From an uncultured Gemmatimonadales bacterium (GTDB lineage Bacteria > Gemmatimonadota > Gemmatimonadetes > Gemmatimonadales > GWC2-71-9), in contig CAVSLV010000004.1 of the NCBI GenBank assembly GCA_963728915.1, positions 480,001 through 544,000 of the forward strand: a stretch of DNA of 64,000 bases, read 5' to 3'. Below are positions 48,677 to 57,444 of the stretch, in pieces (positions within the stretch are counted from its first letter, which is position 1; every line of letters starts with the position of its first letter). The notes below the pieces were generated by a model. The model was not told where the DNA came from, did not search any database, and worked only from the letters and a program-made list of their open reading frames with translations. Both the position numbers and the translations under genes were made by a program.

Positions 48677-48973
48677 ATGAGTATGGCAAAGACGGTGAAA
48701 ATGACCTTTACCCTTGATCAGCGGACGGCCGAGCGGATCGATACCACCGCCCGGCGCCTCGGCATTCCCAAGAGCGGGGTGATCCGGGAAGCCGTGGAGG
48801 AGTACGCTGCCCGGGCTGGCCGGCTCAGTGAGAGCGAGCGGCTTCGGCTCCTCAAGTATCTGGATGAGATCATGATCCGGAAGCCGACCCGGCCCCAGCG
48901 CGAAGTGGAGCGTGAGCTCGCTGCCCTCCGACAGGCCCGGGAGTCATCGGGCCGGCGAAGCCCGAGCGAGTGA
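48677..48973 (+). CDS. Ribbon-helix-helix antitoxin (VapB-like)
   Basis: KMTFTLD..RIDTTARRLGIPKSGVIREAV; GTGA overlap with the PIN gene. Confidence 0.82.
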   Translation: MSMAKTVKMTFTLDQRTAERIDTTARRLGIPKSGVIREAVEEYAARAGRLSESERLRLLKYLDEIMIRKPTRPQREVERELAALRQARESSGRRSPSE

Positions 48974-49353
48974 TCCTGCTCGATACCTCCGTCCTGATTG
49001 ATTGTCTCACCGGCCAGCGTCGCTCGGCGCGGGCGCTTCGGCGGGCCGTCCTGGGGGGCGAGCGTTTCGTTCTTGTCAGCCTGGTGCTCTACGAGTGGCT
49101 TCGCGGGCCGAGAACGACCGAAGAGCTCGCGGATCAGGAAGCGCTGCTCCCCCGGGAAGGGGCGCTGCCATTCGGGCCGCTGGAAGCGGCCCGGGCAGCA
49201 GAGCTCTATCGAACGGTGAAATCCGCCCGGGGTCGGGAGACCGATCTCGCCATCGCGGCATGTGCACTGTGTTGGGAAGCCGAGCTGTGGACCCTGAACG
49301 TGGACGACTTCCGGGGGATCTCCGGGCTGACCGTGACCCGTCCGGTCGATTAG
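48970..49353 (+). CDS. vapC: PIN-domain toxin (VapC-like)
   Basis: ILLDTSVLID, YEW, DLAIAA, TLNVDDF acidic tetrad. Confidence 0.9.
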   Translation: MILLDTSVLIDCLTGQRRSARALRRAVLGGERFVLVSLVLYEWLRGPRTTEELADQEALLPREGALPFGPLEAARAAELYRTVKSARGRETDLAIAACALCWEAELWTLNVDDFRGISGLTVTRPVD

Positions 49354-49392
49354 GTCCTGTATTTCCTCTCCAAACCTGATAGTGTTGGCTCC

Positions 49393-51154
49393 ATGAGAAT
49401 GCGAGGGGTTGGGGCGACCCTGGCGATGCTGGCGATGGCAGCACGCGTCGAGGCCCAGCAGCCAGAGGCGAGCGCCGACTGGACCATGCCCGGCCGGGAT
49501 TACGCGGCGACCCGATACAGTCCCCTGGCGCAGATCACCCCCGCCAACGTCGCGAGCCTCAAGCCGGTCTGGAATTTCTCGACCGGCGTGTTGCGCGGTC
49601 ACGAGGGTCAGCCCCTGGTGGTGAACAACACGATGTACGTCGCTACGCCCTACCCGAATGTGCTCTACGCGTTCGACCTGACGAAAGCCGACTATCCGCT
49701 CAAGTGGAAATACCGGCCGGCGGTGGACGCCAACGCCTTGGGGATCGCGTGTTGCGATGCGATCAATCGGGGCGCGTTCTACGCCGGCGGCAAAATCGTC
49801 TACAACACGCTCGACGGACACACGATCGCCGTGGACGCCGCGACCGGTCGCGAAGTCTGGAACGCGAAGGTCGCCGACATCACCGATGGAGAAACGACCC
49901 CGATGGCGCCATTCGTCGTCGGCAACCGCGTGATGGTCGGCCCTTCCGGCGGCGAGTTCGGTATTCATGGTTGGGTCAAGGCGCTGGATCTTGCGACCGG
50001 CAAGCCCGCCTGGACCGGCTACAACGTCGGGCCCCGATGCCGACATGCTTATTCGTCCGGGCGCGTTCAAGCCGTTCTATGACAAGGGCCCCAACCTGGG
50101 GCTCACCACCTGGCAAACCGAGGCATGGAAGACCGCCGGTGCCCCGGTCTGGGGCTGGTTTTCCTATGACCCGTCCCTCGATCTCATGTATTTCGGGGTC
50201 GGGAATCCCGGTCCCTACAATCCCGAGCAGCGCCCGGGCGACAACAAGTGGACCAACAGCGTGCTCGCCCGGAGGCCTCGTGATGGCTCCCTCGTCTGGG
50301 CCTACCAGTTCACCCCGCACGACAACTGGGACTTCGACTCCAACGCCGGGATGATGCTCGCCGATCTCACCATCAAGGGTCGCTCCCGGAAGGTGCTGGT
50401 GCATTTCGACAAGAACGGCTTTGCCTACACGCTGGATCGCGCCACCGGTGAGGTGCTGGTTGCCGAACCCTATGTGTTCCTCAACTGGGCCAGGCGAGTG
50501 GATCTCACGACCGGCCGGCCGGTGCTCGACTCGACCAAACTCACCGGCGAGAGCAAGGGCAACGTCACCTACATCTGTCCCAGTCTCGAGGGAGGCACCA
50601 GCCCCGCCTCGCCCTCGGCGTTCTCCCCGCGGACCGGCTGGTTCTACGTCTCGACCGTGAACCTCTGCATGGACTATCACGCCGAGCCACGGTCGCGGAT
50701 CCGGGGCACCCCGTTCATCGGGGCGAGCACGCCGTATGTCGCGGGACCGGGCGGCAACATGGGTGCCTTCATCGCCTGGGACGCGGCGACGGGAAAGCGC
50801 ATCTGGGAGATCAAGGAGCGCTATCCGGTGTGGAGCGGCGTCGTCGTGACCGGTGGCGACGTGGTGTTCTACGGCACCCTCGATGGCTGGCTCAAGGCCG
50901 CCAACGCCCGAACCGGCGAGGTGCTCTGGAAGTTCAAGGTGGGCTCCGGGGTCGTGGGTGCTCCCATCACGTTCCGGGGTCCGGACGGGAAGCAGTACGT
51001 CGCGGTCTACGCGGGCATCGGAGGAGACTGGGCGCTGCTCTCGGGCGATGTGCGGTCCGACGACCCCAACGACGTGCGGGATCCGGCCAGCTTCATCAAG
51101 GATCTGGGTCGCTACACCAGCTCCGGCGGGATGGTATGGATCTTCGGATTGTGA
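49393..51154 (+). pseudogene. PQQ-dependent methanol/ethanol-family dehydrogenase (lanthanide type), interrupted by a +1 frameshift near 50032-50035 (real lesion or sequence error)
   Basis: ORF1 has TRYSPL, GHEGQP, ACCD, GGEFG; ORF2 continues DADML..GNPGP..PHDNWDFD..GKQYVAV; removing one C from GGGCCCC joins them into about 586 aa. Confidence 0.85.
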
Positions 51155-51606
51155 GACTGGGCGTGGCCGGAGGCCTCCTGCTGCTCGGAAGCTGGGGATG
51201 CGGACGCCCTAACCCGGCATCCCGGGCCGGGTCGCCGCCGCCGGCCGCGCCGGCGGTCCGGTACGATGGCGCGGTGCTCGCCGGCGGCGCCATGCCTAGG
51301 TCCGACACGCTTCGGAATCCCTTCACCGGCGATGCCAGATCCGTTTCCGAAGGCGGGAAGCTCTGGAGCTCGATGAACTGCGACGGTTGCCACGGAGGTG
51401 GGGAGGGGTGGGTCGGGCCCAGTCTGAGCGACGGCCGCTGGCGGTACGGTGGCTCGGACGGCGACGTCTATCAGACCATCTTCTACGGCCGTCCCAACGG
51501 AATGCCGGCGTTCGGCGGGCTACTCTCGCAGGATATCATCTGGAAGCTGGTGAGCTACATCCGCTCGCTGCCCGTGCCGAAAGCGGTCCCGACCCAGTCC
51601 TGGTGA
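51151..51606 (+). CDS. Monoheme c-type cytochrome lipoprotein, likely electron acceptor of the PQQ dehydrogenase
   Basis: CDGCH, GPSL, GMPAFG; lipobox SWGC; GTGA overlap. Confidence 0.88.
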   Translation: MRLGVAGGLLLLGSWGCGRPNPASRAGSPPPAAPAVRYDGAVLAGGAMPRSDTLRNPFTGDARSVSEGGKLWSSMNCDGCHGGGEGWVGPSLSDGRWRYGGSDGDVYQTIFYGRPNGMPAFGGLLSQDIIWKLVSYIRSLPVPKAVPTQSW

Positions 51607-51654
51607 ACGGTCCCGGTCGGGGTCTGCCACGATGCTGGAGATTCCGCCGCAGGG

Positions 51655-54030
51655 TCACCTCGTCCCCAGGGTGGCGAGCATGGCGTCGGCGCGCGGGTCC
51701 TTGCGCAGTTTGTCGTACCGGATCGATCGCGGGAACTGGACCACCCAGACGTCGTGTCGCGCGATCGCTTCCGCGAGGAGAGCCACCGCAGCCTCGTGAT
51801 CGCCCAGCTCTTCGAGCGCCGCGGCATTGGCTCCGATCGCCGGGAGCCTTCCCTTTCGCGCGATCCGCATCTCGTCGAGCATCTGGTGCGCTTCCCGAGC
51901 CCGTCCCCCCAAAGCATAGGCATAGGCGAGGAGGCCCTCTTCCCGTTCCGGGCGTCCGGGGGGAACCAGCGCCACCTGTCGCTCCAGCAGAGCGATGGCC
52001 TGATCGATCCGTCCCAGTCCGAGCAAGGCGTTCGCCTTCCAGGCCCAGGCGAGCATGAAGGTCGAATCCAGCGCCATGGTCGCACTCGCGACGGAATCGG
52101 CGGCCGGATATGAGCGCTCGGTCTCCAGGACCTGCGCTTCCCAGAGCCGGGCGATCAGGGAAGCCGGCTCGAGTCCGCGGGCCCGCGCGACCCGCTCGTG
52201 GGCGGCCCGGTAGTCGGCCAGCCGATTGGCGAGCAGTCCGTACCAGCCCCAGGTTGTGGCCACGGTGGAGTCGAGCGCCAGCGCGCGGCGAAAGCTGGCC
52301 TCGGCCCGGGCCAGCTTTCCGAGCAGGGAGTAGCTGTAACCCAGCGCGGTGTAGGACTCCGGGATGGTCGAGTCCATCGCAATGGCCTTATCCGCCGCGG
52401 CCACCGCGCTGGTCAGGATCGCAGTGGTACTGTCCTGCACGTACGCGGGGAGCACCGCCAGGGCCATCGCCAGCGAGGCTTGGGCCCGGGCGTATTTCGG
52501 ATCCCGTGCCGCCGCTTGTTCGAACAAGGCAATCGCCTGCTGCAAGGCCGGTGCGCCGCGGCGGTTGAAGAGCACCAGCCCCTGGAGCAGGAGGGAATGG
52601 GCTTCGGGATCGGAGGTTTCGGCCCGCGCCGCCCCCGCGGGCCGTCCGCCCAGCCTGCCCAGCAGGGTGCTCGCGACGGTCCGCGCGATCTCGTCCTGGA
52701 CCGCGAACACGTTGGTCAGCGGCCGATCGTACTTCTCGGTCCAGCGCACTGCCCCGTCGGCCGCCGATACCAGGCTCACGTTGATTCGCACCTGACCATC
52801 GGCGCGCTGGACCGTCCCGGTGAGCAGCGAGGTGACGCCCAGCTCCCTGGCAATGGCCCGCTCGTCGAGGCCTCGGGCCTGGAGCGCACCGGCACTGACT
52901 CGACCGATGACCCGCACCCCGTTCTTGGCCACCGCGCGAGTGATTTCCTCGGCGAGCCCAATACCGAAATAGTCGTCGGCCTTGTCCCCACTCAGGTTGG
53001 CGAGAGGGAGGACGGCCAGCGATTGGTCCCCACCAGGGCCCGGCGCCTCGGTACCTCCGCCCCGGGCCAGCGCCCACACGATCAGGGCAATCGCGATGAC
53101 ACCGGCCCCGATCAGGAGCTCCGTCTTCCGGCGCCGCCGGCCAGGGCGGGCCGGGATCTGCGGCGACTGGGTCGGAGTCGTGGCGGTATCGAGGGCCGTG
53201 AGTACCGCGGCGGCGGATCCGGGACGTCGGACCGGATCCTTCTCGAGACACTGCATGACCACCGCCGCGAGCTGGGGTGGGATGCCGGGACTCTTCCCCC
53301 CGAGGGAGACCGGAGATTCGCTGAGATGGGCGGTGACCAGCTGCTGGGGCGTCACCCGCTGCGCGAACGGATGCGCCCCCGAGAGCAGCTCGTAGGCCAG
53401 CACTCCCCAGGCGTAGAGATCGGTGCGTTGATCCACCGATTCGCCCACCGCCTGCTCCGGCGCCATGTAGGCCGGAGTCCCGATGGCGCCACCGGCCTGG
53501 GTGAGAGTGGCAGACGCCCCTCCGTCCTGAGTGCGCGACGCGGTGAGTGCCTTGGCGATTCCGAAGTCGGTCACCACCGCCGTCCCGTGGGAGAGCAGCA
53601 CGTTCTCGGGTTTGATGTCGCGATGGATCACGCCTTCGCCGTGGGCGTAGGCCAGGGCGCGCGCCACGTCGCGCAGGATCCCGAGGCTCTCTGCCGGGGT
53701 GATCGGGACGCCACTGTTCATCCGGGCTCGGAGGGACTCGCCCCGGACGAACGGCATGGTGTAGTACGGCAGGCCATCGGCAATCCCGGCGCTCAGCACC
53801 GGCACGATGTTGGCCTGTTGCAGTCGCGCTGCCAGCTTCATTTCCCGGGCGAACCGCTCGGCGCTCACCCCCTCGCTGAGCTCCTGGGCGATGACCTTGA
53901 TCACCACATCCCGCCCCAACCCGGTTTCGTGGGCGAGGAAAACCCGGGACATGCCGCCCCCGCCGAGCTCGCGCTCGATCCGGTAGCGGTCGGCCAGCGC
54001 GGTGCGCAGCCGTTCAATCGGGTCGATCAG
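51655..54030 (-). CDS. Ser/Thr protein kinase with TM helix, TolB_N-like and TPR domains (CTG start inferred)
   Basis: HRDIKPEN, DFG, YMAPE; in-frame upstream LIDPIERLRTALADRYRIERELGGGG matches paralog N-termini. Confidence 0.9.
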   Translation of the reverse strand: MIDPIERLRTALADRYRIERELGGGGMSRVFLAHETGLGRDVVIKVIAQELSEGVSAERFAREMKLAARLQQANIVPVLSAGIADGLPYYTMPFVRGESLRARMNSGVPITPAESLGILRDVARALAYAHGEGVIHRDIKPENVLLSHGTAVVTDFGIAKALTASRTQDGGASATLTQAGGAIGTPAYMAPEQAVGESVDQRTDLYAWGVLAYELLSGAHPFAQRVTPQQLVTAHLSESPVSLGGKSPGIPPQLAAVVMQCLEKDPVRRPGSAAAVLTALDTATTPTQSPQIPARPGRRRRKTELLIGAGVIAIALIVWALARGGGTEAPGPGGDQSLAVLPLANLSGDKADDYFGIGLAEEITRAVAKNGVRVIGRVSAGALQARGLDERAIARELGVTSLLTGTVQRADGQVRINVSLVSAADGAVRWTEKYDRPLTNVFAVQDEIARTVASTLLGRLGGRPAGAARAETSDPEAHSLLLQGLVLFNRRGAPALQQAIALFEQAAARDPKYARAQASLAMALAVLPAYVQDSTTAILTSAVAAADKAIAMDSTIPESYTALGYSYSLLGKLARAEASFRRALALDSTVATTWGWYGLLANRLADYRAAHERVARARGLEPASLIARLWEAQVLETERSYPAADSVASATMALDSTFMLAWAWKANALLGLGRIDQAIALLERQVALVPPGRPEREEGLLAYAYALGGRAREAHQMLDEMRIARKGRLPAIGANAAALEELGDHEAAVALLAEAIARHDVWVVQFPRSIRYDKLRKDPRADAMLATLGTR

Positions 54031-54086
54031 GGTAAACCCCGGGAGGGGAAGGAGATGAATAATACAGGCCGGGCTATTGTTTAGAG

Positions 54087-54551
54087 ATGAACGCGGAACC
54101 CCTCCTTCGGCGGGTGGCGGCGCTGCTCGCGAAGCACCGGCTCGACGCGGTCCTGATCGGGAACGCGGCGGCCGCCCTTCAGGGGGCCCCGGTCACCACG
54201 CTGGACCTGGACTTCATGTTCCGGAAAACCCCGGCCAACCTGCGGAAGCTGCGACGGATCGCCGACGACCTCGACGCGGTGGTCTTCATGCCCTACTATC
54301 CGGCCTCGGAGCTCTACCGCATCAGCCGGGACCGCGACTCGCTCCAGGTTGACTTCATGGCCAAAGTGAGCGGAATTCGCTCTTTCGAGGGACTCAAATC
54401 GCGAGCGGAGGCCGCGCGGTTCGGCGATCACCCAATTCGGGTGGCGTCCCTGGCCGATGTCATCAAAAGCAAGCAGGCCGCCAACCGCCCCGAGGATCGC
54501 GCCGTGCTCCCCATCCTCCGGAGAACGATCCGTGAAAAACAAGCGCGTTAG
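54087..54551 (+). CDS. Nucleotidyltransferase-fold protein (DUF6036/AbiEii-like)
   Basis: LIGNAAAALQG..TLDLDF (G...DxD), SKQAANRPED. Confidence 0.75.
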   Translation: MNAEPLLRRVAALLAKHRLDAVLIGNAAAALQGAPVTTLDLDFMFRKTPANLRKLRRIADDLDAVVFMPYYPASELYRISRDRDSLQVDFMAKVSGIRSFEGLKSRAEAARFGDHPIRVASLADVIKSKQAANRPEDRAVLPILRRTIREKQAR

Positions 54552-54690
54552 GAAGCCCCGCCAGCACTCTGCGCTTCGGAAAGAGTCGGACCGGGCGCGC
54601 CGGGAACAGATCCGGCGCCTCCTCTCCCTGCCGATGAACCGGCGGACCGGCTTTCTGCGCAAGCGGACCCCTGGCGGCTCGACCCTCTGA
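54532..54690 (+). CDS. Small basic protein (52 aa) coupled to the nucleotidyltransferase
   Basis: GTG start overlapping the NTase end; ALRKESDRARREQIRRLLSLPMNRRTGFLR. Confidence 0.5.
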   Translation: MKNKRVRKPRQHSALRKESDRARREQIRRLLSLPMNRRTGFLRKRTPGGSTL

Positions 54691-54715
54691 GCAGGGCTTC
54701 ACTCCGGGGAAGCGC

Positions 54716-57379
54716 TCACCGCTTCACCCTGGCCAGGAGCTCGGCCAGCCACCCCTCGACGTAGACCGCACCCACGGACGCGGCGGGCTCGCGGATCATC
54801 ACGAAGCGGCCATCGGGAGCCACATCGTACTGCTGATGGTTCCGGGCCCGCCGGTAGCCCTCCACGGAAAACAGCGTGCGTGGCGCACCGGGATTGAAGG
54901 AAGGACCCGAGGGAACCGCGACGGCGACGAGCTTCCCCCCGCTCACGAAGTACAGTTCCTTCCCGTCTCGCGACCAGCGTGGCTCGGTGCCCCCTCCATT
55001 CGACACGAGGCGCCTGGACTTCGTGTCGGGAAACGAGCTGACATACACCTCGTACTGGCCGGTCTGATTGGAGGTGTAGGCGAGCCACCGGCCATCGGGT
55101 GAGAGCGCGATGCAGAGCTCGAAGCTCGGCCCGACCAGGAGCGGTTTGACGATCGTGTCGCCGGAAAGGCGGCGGAACCTGATATTGGAATTGGCTCCCT
55201 CCTCGTCCAGGCGTATCACCAGCCACTGGCCATCCCGGGAGACAACGGCCTCCCAGATGCCGAATGAGGATTGCTGAAGGAGCTGCGGCTTGGCGCTGCC
55301 GTCGGTTTTTACCTGGTGTACCGTAACGTCGTTCGGATCGTCGGGGTTGCCGACCGAGATGAACGTCAGGGAGCGTCCGTCGGGGAGCCAGGACGAGCGC
55401 CAGTTGGCGGCACCTTCGGCGTCGACCTTCACGCGGGTGCCGTCGGGCCGGCGGATCCAGAGGTCGGTGCTCTTGTCGTGGACACTGACGGCCAGTGCCT
55501 TCCCGTCCGGTGAGAGCGCCGGATACTCGAAGCGGCCCCGCCAGGTCGAGTCGAGCGGCGTTGCGCGGCCGTCCCGGGCCACCCAGACCAGCTCGGCCTG
55601 GGTGCGCGCCGCGGAGCCGGTGGTATAAAGTGCCGCTCCGGACGCGGACAGGGTGAAACTGGTCGGCTCGACGTCCTGGAGCAGGGGAATCGCACCTGAG
55701 GTGAGCACCATCCGCCGCGGATCGAATCCCGTCCCGTAGAGTCCGCCCTCGCGGCTGGTGTACAGCAGCTGTCCCGCGTGCGGCGAATACCATGCTCCCG
55801 CGGCACCCGGCACCAACAAGCGCGCACTGTCGGTCTTGAAATCGTAGGCGTAGAGGCTGGTCGAGTTCGCGCAGTTGCCCGGGCAGGCGGTAAAGAGGAA
55901 GCCCCGGCTATCGGGAAGGGGCCAGAGGGTGGACGCGGCACCCAGATTCGCCGGGAGCGGGATTGGGATCGCCGCGCCACCGTCGGCGGGGATCCGCTTC
56001 ACCACCGCGCTCTGATCGCCGGAGAAGAGGATGGTGCCGTCGTCGAGCCACGCACCAGCTTTGTAGTCCGGGTTGTTGGCTTCAGCCAGGGTTACGGAAC
56101 CCCCGCCGGTCACCGGGACTTTCTTGACCTTGTTGTCGAGGGTGCTGTAGCCAATCCACTTACCGTCGGGCGAAAAGAACGGCGACACCCCTCCTTCGGT
56201 GCCCGCGAGTGGGGTTGCCTCCTCGGCGTCACGCAGTTTCCGCATCAGCACGTAGCCCAGGGCAGTCGAATCGGTGAACACGATACTCGACCCGTCCGGG
56301 GCAATGGCGGCCTGGATCCCGACGAAGCGTGCGCCCGGAGCGAGCGGGTAGGGAATCCGGTGTTGCCAGAGTACCACGTGCTGCCGGCTGGTTCCCGCGA
56401 CTGGCGGCTTGCGGAGCGCCAGGTAGAGCGCCGCCGCCAGGAGCAACAGGTTGAACGCGACCGCCACCCCGAACCAGCGCGCCGGCACCCCCGCGACCGA
56501 TGGCTGGCGGGAGCGGGCGCCGCTGGAGCCGTCGCTCCTCGCGAAGCCCTTGTCGTCCAACGCGCGGGTAAAGGCGGCGGCATTCGGCAACCGGTCCGCC
56601 GGCACTTTTTCCAGTGCGGCGAGCACCGCGGCCTCCACATGGAACGGAACCGACTTCCGCAGCTCGGTGAGCGGACGAGGCGGGTCGCTCATCAGTTTGG
56701 CGATGATGGCCTGCACCGTGCTGCCGGTGAACGGCGGCTCCCCGGCAAGCATTTCGTAGGTGACGGCCCCCAGGGCGTACACATCGGCGCGCGCGTCCAC
56801 CGTCTTCTCGCCCATCGCCTGTTCGGGACTCATGTACTGGGGGGTGCCGAGCGAGAGGCCGGTTTGCGTCATCCGGTGTCCACCCGCACTCTGCACCGCG
56901 AGCGCGATGCCGAAGTCCGCGACCAGCGCGTGGCCGCCCTGGAGCAGGATGTTCTCCGGCTTGATGTCCCGGTGGATGATCCCGAGCGCGTGCGCCGCCC
57001 CGAGGGCGTCGGCGGTTTCTCTGGCGATGCGCAGCGCCTCCGCGATCGGAAGCTGCCGGTCCCGCTCCAGCCGGGCCCGCAGGGTCTCCCCGCTCACATA
57101 GGGCATCACATAGAACAGCAGCCCGTCGGCCTCGCCCGAATCGAGCAGCGGCAGAATGTGGGGATGCTGCAGCTTCGCGGTGGTCTTGATTTCGCTGAGG
57201 AATCGCTCGCCGCCCAGCGCCGCGGCGAGCTCGGGGTGCAGCACCTTGATCGCGACATCGCGATCGTGCCTGATGTCATGGGCCAGATAGACCGTCGCCA
57301 TGCCTCCCGCGCCGAGCTCCCGCTCGATCCGGTAGCGATCGGCCAGCGCGGTGCGGAGCCGCGATTCCGGTTGGGTCAA
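54716..57379 (-). CDS. Ser/Thr protein kinase with TM helix and PD40/WD40-like beta-propeller
   Basis: GAGGMATVY, HRDIKPEN, DFG; repeated SPDG motifs. Confidence 0.92.
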   Translation of the reverse strand: MTQPESRLRTALADRYRIERELGAGGMATVYLAHDIRHDRDVAIKVLHPELAAALGGERFLSEIKTTAKLQHPHILPLLDSGEADGLLFYVMPYVSGETLRARLERDRQLPIAEALRIARETADALGAAHALGIIHRDIKPENILLQGGHALVADFGIALAVQSAGGHRMTQTGLSLGTPQYMSPEQAMGEKTVDARADVYALGAVTYEMLAGEPPFTGSTVQAIIAKLMSDPPRPLTELRKSVPFHVEAAVLAALEKVPADRLPNAAAFTRALDDKGFARSDGSSGARSRQPSVAGVPARWFGVAVAFNLLLLAAALYLALRKPPVAGTSRQHVVLWQHRIPYPLAPGARFVGIQAAIAPDGSSIVFTDSTALGYVLMRKLRDAEEATPLAGTEGGVSPFFSPDGKWIGYSTLDNKVKKVPVTGGGSVTLAEANNPDYKAGAWLDDGTILFSGDQSAVVKRIPADGGAAIPIPLPANLGAASTLWPLPDSRGFLFTACPGNCANSTSLYAYDFKTDSARLLVPGAAGAWYSPHAGQLLYTSREGGLYGTGFDPRRMVLTSGAIPLLQDVEPTSFTLSASGAALYTTGSAARTQAELVWVARDGRATPLDSTWRGRFEYPALSPDGKALAVSVHDKSTDLWIRRPDGTRVKVDAEGAANWRSSWLPDGRSLTFISVGNPDDPNDVTVHQVKTDGSAKPQLLQQSSFGIWEAVVSRDGQWLVIRLDEEGANSNIRFRRLSGDTIVKPLLVGPSFELCIALSPDGRWLAYTSNQTGQYEVYVSSFPDTKSRRLVSNGGGTEPRWSRDGKELYFVSGGKLVAVAVPSGPSFNPGAPRTLFSVEGYRRARNHQQYDVAPDGRFVMIREPAASVGAVYVEGWLAELLARVKR

Positions 57380-57444
57380 ATGGGGCTCTGGGTTGGGGCG
57401 GTTGGATCAAACATACCGCCAATTGCGACTGAGGACGGTGGTCC

